A stretch of 10,337 bases of DNA. It comes from Octopus sinensis. Lineage: Eukaryota. The stretch covers positions 1-10,337 of the forward strand of contig NW_021827392.1 in NCBI RefSeq assembly GCF_006345805.1. Direction: 5' to 3'. Of the stretch, positions 1 through 7,729 are shown one piece after another (positions within the stretch are counted from its first letter, which is position 1; every line of letters begins with the position of its first letter). A model generated the notes under the pieces. That model was not told where the DNA came from, searched no databases, and saw only the letters and a list, made by a program, of their open reading frames with translations. Position numbers and translations under genes: made by a program.

Positions 1-83
1 CCGTAAGAAATATCTCCGGACGAAGACAATCGTAAATTTTGTCTATCACAGTGTATTTTCATTAAGTAAGATACTTAGATGGC

Positions 84-99
84 TATATTCATAAATGTA
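84..99 (+). repeat. SINE-B target-site duplication, left copy
   Basis: TATATTCATAAATGTA (84-99) vs TATATGCATAAATGTA (333-348): 15/16 identical and positioned at the SINE ends. Confidence 0.8.
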
Positions 100-101
100 T
101 A

Positions 102-332
102 AGGCGTCGAGCTGGCAGACACGTTAGAGCGCCGGGCGAAATGCTTAGCGGTATTTCGTCTGTCGTTACGTTCTGAGTTCAAATTCCGCCAAAGTCGACT
201 TTGCCTTTCATCCTTTCGGGGTCGATAAATAAAGTGCCACTTTCGCACTGGAGTCGATGAAATCGACTTAATCTCTTTGTCTGTCCTTGTTTGTCCTTCT
301 GTGTTTAGCCCCTTGTGGGCAATAAAGAAATA
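102..332 (+). mobile_element. tRNA-derived SINE ('SINE-B'), full length, with LINE-like 3' tail
   Basis: Head GGCGTCGAGCTGGCAGACACG with an A-box-like segment and B-box-like GAGTTCAAATTCC (175-187). Central body GTCGACTTTGCCTTTCATCCTTTCGGGGTCGATAAA; hairpin AGTCGAT-GAA-ATCGACT (252-268); tail ending GCCC-CTTGT-GGGC-AATAAA-GAAATA. Flanked by a 16-bp direct repeat. Resembles a high-copy octopus SINE (recollection, not searched). Confidence 0.88.
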
Positions 333-348
333 TATATGCATAAATGTA
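333..348 (+). repeat. SINE-B target-site duplication, right copy
   Basis: TATATGCATAAATGTA directly follows the terminal GAAATA (327-332) and matches 84-99. Confidence 0.8.
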
Positions 349-355
349 AGTGTTT

Positions 356-573
356 TATATATATATATATATGCACATATATGCAGACATACATACTTAC
401 ATACACACACACATACATACATACGTACGTACACACACACACACATACATACATACATACATAAATACATACATAGATAGATACATACATACATAGATAC
501 ATACATACATACATACATACATACATACATACATACATACATACATACATACATACATACATACATACATACA
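356..573. repeat. Compound microsatellite (TA)n / (CA)n / (CATA)n
   Basis: Directly visible: (TA)n at 356-372, mixed CA/CATA/GATA units, then a long pure (CATA)n run to ~571. Confidence 0.98.
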
Positions 574-1260
574 CAAATGGTAGGCGACAAGAGAGCATAC
601 GGAAAAACAGTAAAAACATACGCATAATATACGCTGATATGCAAACCCCTCATAAGCTGTCGACCAAATATTACCATTGTTTCCACACTTACGATGTTTG
701 TATTGCTTAATTTGCATAAGATGCTGCGGAAGAAATGACTGCACATTATAAGTAAATATCTGTATTTTAATGCGTAGGATTTCGATGCAATAGATAGAGT
801 GGATATAGCATCAAACCATCAAACAGATTATAAAACTTCATAGTTGCGTCTCGTAGTTTTATCATAGAACTTCAACGACTACTATTGAGTTCATGAATTA
901 ACATACACAAACATAGAATTCCTTTTTAACAGTGGAATTCGAAATAGATAAAGTTCTAAATAACAGTATTTAAAAATTAGCATAAAAAATTCAATTGGAA
1001 AGAAAATGCTGAAGGATGCCAGTGGCTCATGACTCCAAACCTTCTGCAGACATGACCAACTTTTCATCATTGTGCCATCTTTTGAATTTCTCAGTTCGAT
1101 AGCCTTAAACTCTTCCTATCAAATTCGGTTTCTGAACCCAATATTTACTCGTTTCATCTACAGTTTTATCTGTTTCGAGTTTCACTGTTTAAAATCAAAT
1201 TATTTCACATCTCTCGAAGTTTCTAAATTCTTATGATGTAAACATTTATTAGTATATATA

Positions 1261-1786
1261 GGCGCTGGCGCGGTTGTGTGGTAAGTTGTTTGCTACCCAG
1301 TCAAATGGTTCCGGGTTCCGTCCTATAACACAGAACATTGGACAAGCGTCTTCTTCTAATGCCTCGGGTCGACCAGGGCCTTGAGTGGGTCTTGTAGAGA
1401 CTAATTCTATCATTAGCAAGCATTTCTCCTCCACTAGGATTTTTATCAAAATTAATATTTCTTAATTCACTTTTAAATATAAATATAATTTATAGCTCGT
1501 CGTATATATGTGAGTGTTTGTGGATGTGTGTGTGTGTGTGAATATGTGTATGTGTGTGTGTGTGCGTATGTGTGTGTATGTCACACAACTGCTTGTTTAC
1601 CGGTGTTGTTGTGTTTACGTCCCTGTAACATAATGGTTTGGCAAAAATAAAAAAAAAGACACTGACAGAATAAGGATTAGGCTTAAAAAGAAAAAGAAGT
1701 TCTGGTGTTGATTAGTTCGACAAAAAATTCCTCAAGGCGGTGCCCCAGCATGGCCGCAGTCTCATGATTAAAACAAACAAAAAGTA
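1261..1786 (+). mobile_element. tRNA-derived composite SINE ('SINE-A'), diverged uninterrupted copy
   Basis: Head GGCGCTGGCGCGGTTGTGTGGTAAGTTGTTTGCTACCC...GGTTCCGGGTTCCGTCC (A/B-box-like). Internal (TG)n at ~1500-1580; 3' part ...GTGTTTACGTCCCTGTAAC...GGCGGTGCCCCAGCATGGCCGCAGTC...A-rich end. Collinear with the reverse complement of 1813-2188 plus 7612-7642. Confidence 0.85.
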
Positions 1787-1812
1787 TGACACAACGCAAT
1801 TTCACGTTTGAA

Positions 1813-2188
1813 TTACTCTTTTAGTTATTTCAGTTATTTGACTGTAGCCATGCTGGAGCACCGCCTTTAATCGAGCAAATCGACCCCAGGACTTATTCTT
1901 TCGAAGCCTAGTACTTACTCCATCGGTCTCCCCCACCGAACCGCTAAGTTACGGGGACGTAAAGACACCAGCATCGGTTGCCAAGCGATGTTGTGGGGAC
2001 AAACACAGACACACAAACATATACACACATACATATATTCATGCATACGACGGGCTTCTTTCAGTTTCCGTCTACCAAATCCACTCACAAGGCTTTGGTC
2101 GGCCTGAGGCTATAGTAGAAGACACTTGCCTAAGGTTCCACGCAGTGGGACTGAACCCGGAACCATGTGGTTGGTAAGCAAACTACTT
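1813..2188 (-). mobile_element. SINE-A copy 2, body and 3' part (head separated by LINE insertion)
   Basis: Minus strand reads AAGTAGTTTGCTTACCAACCACATGGTTCCGGGTTCAGTCCC (B-box at 2147-2157)...GAAAGAAGCCCGTCGTAT-(TG-rich)-...TTTACGTCCCCGTAACTTAGCGGTTCGG...GGCGGTGCTCCAGCATGGCTACAGTCAAATAACTGAAA...AAAAGAGTAA. Homologous to 1283-1786. Confidence 0.9.
2177..2188 (-). repeat. LINE target-site duplication, 3' copy (extends to 2173 with one further mismatch)
   Basis: Minus strand AAGTAG-TTTGCT(TACC) vs AAGTAGCTTTGCT(AACC) at 7624-7608. Confidence 0.82.
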
Positions 2189-2415
2189 TATTTCATATAA
2201 TTTGCCATTTAGGCATTTACAAAGAGGGGACAAACAAGTACAGACAAATATAAAGGGTGAAGTAGCTTAACACAGTTACAATTTTCGAATGAAATTACGG
2301 ATAAGATTATAAACATGAATTTTACGAAGGCAATGTTTAAAAATATTAATGATCATGTCGAAGGACGGACACCCAGCCATCCGGGTAGAACCTTTACTTT
2401 CTGATCCGGTCACAC

Positions 2416-5400
2416 TTACCTGGTGCCAAACATACCCATCTTGTATGCCACAGGCTTCCATCTTTTCACAAACATATCTCGTGACAGACACCTCTTCTCC
2501 AGCCTGATTTTGCTACTGAGGTGGTAACTAAAAAAGTTAATCAACCCCTGGCCGGAGACAAAGGTGCCTGTCACTATACCTTTCGTACGCGCGTCTTCCA
2601 TACTGTTTCTTTCAGTATGGCTACTACACAGAAAAACAAGCCTTTCTTTCCCTGTTAAGGAAGGGGGCGGCACAATCTCGATGATAGACTCAGCTGATAG
2701 CTGTACTCTTCCCATCACTGACAACAGTTGTTCAACAAAAGCTATCAGTCCCGATAACTCCGGACACTCCACGAATGCGTGCAAGACGGTCTCCCTATCC
2801 TGCTCACATCGCGGGCATGTCGGCGAGACGGCACTACCGTGCCTTGACAGCTTGTCGCGAACAGGTAAAGCCGCACGGAAACACTGCCAGGCTAGGGATT
2901 TCTGGTAATTATCCAGATACCCCGGCCGAACGTCCTCCGGAACAGGTTGACCAACTGATTTTCATCGTAGCCCAGGGTCTCCCCCAAGGCGTCTTCGGAC
3001 TTAATCTCCACTAACCCGCTATAGAAATCCGTGGTGGAACTCCTGTTGCCGGCGTTGCCCACCCGAGATAGTAGCTGGAGCGCCTGACGGCACTCCAAAT
3101 GCCATTCACTCAGTTTAGGTCTCCGCTTGATCCATGCACCGATGTCCGTTAGGGATGTTAACTGGGGAAGGTAGAACCGGACGTGCGGTGACCACACCTG
3201 CTCTCCATCCAGGTAAAGCCAGAGGTGCCTCAACCTTAACGCGAGTTTTCGCATCCTCAGCCAAGGCATCCCTAGCCCACCCTTTAGCGGTTTCTGGCAG
3301 CAGACAGAGCGCTTTACAAGTGGCTTTCCTCCTTTCCACAAAAATCGGAAAAGGATTCTCTCCAACTTGTTCAGCCACAAATCGGGGCAAGGCACCACGG
3401 TCAGACGGTAGGTGATTACTGATGCTATAAACATCTGCACCACCTCCGCCTTCCCTAGCAGGGATAACGCCTGCCCAGACCAGGTCTGGGTTAGAGCGGT
3501 CACCTTGTTGGCCACCTCACTCCAATTTTTCTCAATCTGGAGGTCTGGCCCGAACCAGACTCCGAGCAGCTTAACAGGACCTTCCGTCCAACGCCCTACG
3601 AGGTTATTGGACGGTATCGGCTTGCCCTTCCAGGTGCCGAGTTGCAAACCGACCGACTTGTCCTTGTTAACCTTTGCTCCTGCCACCGCCTCGTAGCTTT
3701 TGATGGCCTCTTCCACCACTGGAAGCTGGCCTTCGTCTGCCACGATGATGGAGGTGTCATCCGCATACGCCGTAGCTCCTCTTCCACACCATAGATCATG
3801 CGGCGCGCCCCCTAGTGCCTCTAACTTCCGCAGCAAAGGCTCAAGAGCCAATACGTATAGGAGCGAGGACAGGGGACACCCTTGACGAACTGAACGCTCG
3901 ATCCTGAACGGCTTCGAAAAGGAACCGTTCACCTTGACTACAGACTCGATGTCGCTATACAAAGCAGCGATCCAACCTCGAAAGGTCGGGCCTAGGCCAG
4001 CCTCTCCGAGGACCGCCGCCAGGTACCGATGGTCGACCCTATCAAATGCTTTGGACTGGTCTAAATGTACCAGTGATCTCCCTGCGCCAGAAAGCTTCCC
4101 CACCCTCTCTAAGGAGTAGCGTATAAGGTGGAGATTGTCGTGGATCGTTCTGCCGGGGATAGCGCACGTTTGCGCTTCCCCGACAAGTTTGTCCACGACC
4201 CGCGCCAACCTTTTTGCTAGCACCTTGCCAGAATCTTTAACTCTGTGTTTAACAGAGTTATGGGCCTGAAGTTCCCCTTGTTCGGGTCCTTCCTGATCAA
4301 CGTCACCGCCCCCCGGCTCGCAGACTTGGGAATTCTCCCATTCTGCTGCCAGTTGGCGTAGACGCTAGCCAGCAGGTGCCCGAACAAGTCTGGCATACTT
4401 CTATAAAATTCATAGGGCAGACCATCGAGACCCGGCGACTTCTCCCCGGGGCACTTGCCCAACACCTCGATTACTTCCTCGGCTGTGATTGGCCCTTCAC
4501 AGCACTCAGCCTCTCGTGTCGAGAGGCGCGGGCCACCAGACAGGAAGTCCCTAAGGGCCTCACCATGATCCAGCGTCCCGCACCTCCCGAACAACTCGGC
4601 GAAGTGCTTGTGAAGTGCCTCACACATCTCGTCCCGCTTCTTGATCGTGCATCCGTTTTCATCAACAAGAGACCCAATTGTGGCATCGTTTCCACGCTGT
4701 GTTTCTATCGTACGGGCCCATCCGGCAACATTAATTCCCTCACGGCCCAATGCTCGTACTTTAGCCCGGACTCTACATCCCTCATGTTTGGTTTTGAGGT
4801 GACGGTCTAATGCCGTTCTCGCCGCTAAAATGTGAGATGCAGAGCCCAACCTCAACGCCTCCTCTAAGTTCTTAACTAGTTGCCCTTCTATTCTAGCCCT
4901 ATCTAGTCTTAGTTGTTTACTAAATCTAATGGACTCGAATCGAATGGCTCTTTTGAGGGTGAACCACCACCGGTTATTAACCACGGCTCCGGTTAACGCC
5001 CTCTGCACTAACACCTTAATCCGGCTACGGTATGCCTCGCGTGTCAAAATAGACTTGTTCAGCTTCCAGTAGCCGGTTCCTATCTTAAGTGTGCTATCTA
5101 TGTCCAGTCTACACGTGACCATTCTATGGTCAGTATAGGGCACCTGGACGAGCTGTGGACAACTAAAACTAGACTTATCTCTAGTTCTTATCACTATCCT
5201 GTCTAGATAAGACTTGAACCTTCCGTCGCCACTCATCCAGGTCCACTCTGGGACGTTCGGATGGTCAAGTCTGTAACGATCTGCCAGCTGAAACCGCTTA
5301 AGCAGATCCACGAGACGTGAGTTCACTTTCCTATAGATCGAGCCAACGCTATCGATGTGTACGTCAACGATAGCATTAAAGTCCCCTAATATCACTAAAG

Positions 5401-5803
5401 TCTTCGACGTCACGAGAAAGCCCTCTAGGCGCCGATAAAAATCAGTTTGGAAACCTCTAGCACAAGGTGCATAGAGTCCGATCAACCTGAAGGCCTTACT
5501 GCTGTATGTCACATCAAGGACGACCAGCCCACCTTCTGGGTCTACATAGACTGTACTTGTCTGTAGAGCCAAGTCTTTACGGATCAGTACCACTACGCCC
5601 CCTCACCCCTCCGGTCTGGCCAGGAGACATGATTTTCTCGTAGCCATTCAGGAGAGGCGAGAAGGTTTGTAGGCTGTCCAGCTTGGTCTCTGTAGCAACC
5701 ATCACATGTATTCATGTGATCTGAGGTCGTCGAGGAAACAAGCCTGCTTCCACTTCGAACTCAGACCACGCACATTTAAACAACCAAGGTTAAGCGAAGC
5801 CAT
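2416..5803 (-). pseudogene. LINE ORF2 (APE endonuclease + reverse transcriptase + C-terminal CX2CX8HX4C finger), ~1130 aa after frameshift repair
   Basis: ATG at 5803 gives MASLNLGCLNVRGL. APE motifs: ATETKL, LIGLYAP, ILGDFNA, YLDRIV, TDHRMV. RT motifs: KSPGLDGLP, FRPITLLN, LDQSKAFDRVDH, VRQGCPLS, YADD (3756-3767), KLLGVWF. C-terminal CPRCEQDRETVLHAFVEC; TAA at 2416-2418. Frameshifts at ~5707, ~5600, ~4223, ~2921 and a compensating pair at ~2625/~2590. Joins track ORFs 4217-5593, 2892-4223 and 2416-2784. Confidence 0.95.
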
Positions 5804-5820
5804 TACAAAAAGTAAAAGTT

Positions 5821-7219
5821 CTACTTACATTTCGTTGGAGAGTGGGGGGCCGACCTCACCACACGTTTGTGGGCCCCTTCTTTCTCCTCTTTCTTCAGAT
5901 AGTCCGGCAAGTTCGCGATATGCCGGATGGCGTTTGGGTGTCTGTCTTTTAATTGTTTGAACGTTGTTTCCTCCGCAATCCACGCGTGTCTATTTCGATC
6001 TTTGTATTTGTTGTACAGTCTTGCTGACTGATGCTGAACCACAATATCGTTTATGTATTTGTCTTGTGTGTCGAATTCAATTAATATGAGTTCATTTTCT
6101 TTTTTGTCTTCTTTTTCTGGGCCAGTTGAGCGGGATTTTTTTTTCCGTGTCTGTGGTGTGTCTTTGTTTTTATTATTTTTTGTAGGGGATGTGGACGGGG
6201 ATGCTGCACGAATTCTTTTACGAACTGGTGTAAATCCCCCCTCTGATACCTCCATGGTATCGTCTGGGGTAGCAATAGTTTGTTCGGTAGGCGCCGCAGT
6301 TTTTAGGGGGTGGAGGTTTTAATAGTGTAGGGGTTTGTGAGTGCGAGGGCTGGGTTTTTTCTTCAGTCTGTTTTGGGTTTGGCACCGTAACAGCAGGAGT
6401 GGGATTTTTTGTTTTTGTAGGGGTAGGTGTGTTTGCAAGGGTAGGGACTTTTTTATTATCTGAGGGGCCTGGTGTCTGCGGTTTCTTTTGCTTGTCTGGA
6501 CAGTCTACACGAATGTGGCCCTTTTTGCCGCAGGCGTAACAGGTGGTTTTCGGCCTTCGACCTGTACCCTGAGGGCTACGTTCTCGCCCACGAGCACCCT
6601 CTCAGGAAGGAGCTGCAGGTCCTCCGCTGTTCCTTGAATTAATATATTAATGTTACGCCCGAGCCAAAAATAGGGGGCAGAGCATGTTACTTGTATATTT
6701 TTTATTTTGTCCGCCCTTTTTATAACAGGGCGGCCACTACCTCTACCGGATCTACTTCCGGCGGGGCTTCTACAATCCTGACCCGGGACGTCCTGCGTCC
6801 CCTATAGCTTGGAAAGTACCACCTCCTTGGTTTTTAGGGGGTTCACAGAATGCCGGGGGCCATTTCTTCCCCCGAGAAGCGGACATCCACAGTGCCATAT
6901 GCCCGTCCCCTGGCGACGTACACGATGTCCTTCCAAATCGGGGACAGGCATTTCTCGATGGTGCTTTTTTCAAAGTGTTTGAACCTTCTGCTTTGTGGAC
7001 AGAAAGTTTTAAACACTACGGTCCGCTTCTCGGTCTCCACGATACTGGCGGAGGGTGATATTTTAACATCACCACCCTCCTCTTGCATTCTTTTAATAGC
7101 TCGACGAGCTGATTGACATCGATGTCAATGTTCTCGGTAGCCACTGCGGCTACCGCAGAAAATTTTTTAACATTGCTCTCCTCAAGAGCACTACTTTCGT
7201 GAATAATTTCAACAGACAT
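5821..7219 (-). pseudogene. LINE ORF1 (gag-like nucleic-acid-binding protein with one CCHC zinc knuckle), ~465 aa after repair
   Basis: Probable start MSVEIIHESS at 7219. Pieces reassemble across -1 frameshifts (~7091, ~6856, ~6808, ~6722, ~6545) to ...RVQVEGRKP/TCYACGKKGHIRVDCP (CX2CX4HX4C at 6500-6541). A Pro/Thr/Lys-rich linker follows, then MEVSEGGFTPVRKR...SPTKCK, with TAG at 5821-5823, 17 nt before the ORF2 ATG. The start codon is inferred. Confidence 0.85.
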
Positions 7220-7607
7220 TATTCTGTTGAAATTAGCCAACACAAAAATTACGAATATTGGTTTCCCACAAAACTGGGAAACCTTTAGAAAGTTTTTCTT
7301 CCAAAGTAGTTCAAAAAAGCAGTTCAAAAATTCCAATTCCCACCCCCATTCGGGGGAGGGGCACGAAAATAGTCTGGCAGGACTATATATAGTCACGTAA
7401 ATAAAAAGCCACAATGGCTAACAGTTCAACGGTAAGAAATTTCCAATTATTCCCCGGTAAAACCGGAGAACAAGACAGTTTAGCAACGTTTAAAGACAAA
7501 TTTTCAGTAGTAGAAGTTCAACAATTAACAACACAGCAAAATTCTTACCGGGAAGAAAACGCGTCCAAACCGTAGTACGGTGAGTAAAGTCACTCTTCAG
7601 TCAGTGA

Positions 7608-7624
7608 GGTTAGCAAAGCTACTT
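7608..7624 (-). repeat. LINE target-site duplication, 5' copy
   Basis: Minus strand AAGTAGCTTTGCTAACC matches AAGTAGTTTGCTTACC (2188-2173) with one indel and one substitution; the core 7612-7624 differs by the indel only. Confidence 0.8.
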
Positions 7625-7642
7625 ACAACTACTCCTGCGTCT
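7612..7642 (-). mobile_element. SINE-A copy 2, detached 5' head
   Basis: Minus strand AGACGCAGGAGTAGTTGT-----AAGTAGCTTTGCT aligns to the intact copy GGCGCTGGCGCGGTTGTGTGGTAAGTTGTTTGCT (1261-1294) with a 5-nt deletion. Confidence 0.75.
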
Positions 7643-7729
7643 ATCGGAAACTATTTTAAAAATTGAAACTCATATTTCGATTAGTTGACATAATGGAGAG
7701 AAAAGGTAAGCGTTAGGAATTTAAAGTGT

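Larger units (their letters stand above)
2189..7607 (-). mobile_element. Apparently full-length L1-group (Tx1-like) non-LTR retrotransposon
   Basis: ~390-nt 5' UTR, ORF1 with CCHC knuckle, 17-nt spacer, ORF2 APE-RT-zinc finger, ~230-nt 3' UTR ending GAAATA, and matching direct repeats at both ends. The 5' boundary is 7607-7611 depending on TSD length. LINE identity is near certain; the Tx1 subclade call rests on domain architecture and motif style (~0.75). Confidence 0.95.

Noticed and set aside
102-190. SINE heads (also 1261-1330 and 2140-2188) as tRNA genes
   Set aside because: A/B boxes are present, but I see no complete cloverleaf, and the heads run on into SINE bodies and tails.
639-717. 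Octamer ATTTGCAT (710-717) plus near-match ATGCAAAC (639-646) as POU sites
   Set aside because: Short motifs in AT-rich DNA with no associated gene or snRNA promoter context; compatible with chance.
75-746. Overlapping CMYV/HTYI-repeat ORFs on both strands
   Set aside because: These are translations of the (CATA)n/(CA)n microsatellite and SINE-B.
896-1118. Stop-free minus-strand frame (EEFKAIELRNSKDG...) as a possible host exon
   Set aside because: No recognisable homology, a weak splice acceptor and no supporting neighbouring exons.
2564-6322. Plus-strand and alternate-frame ORFs overlapping the LINE (e.g. 2564-2908, 3134-3415, 4376-4810, 5706-5960, 6053-6322)
   Set aside because: They are antisense or shadow frames of ORF1/ORF2 with no recognisable motifs.
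7220-7414. 65-aa N-terminal extension of ORF1 (MWLFIYV...) in the ORF track
   Set aside because: It is an aromatic-rich translation of T-rich 5' UTR. The ATG at 7219 looks like the more plausible start, although this is unproven.
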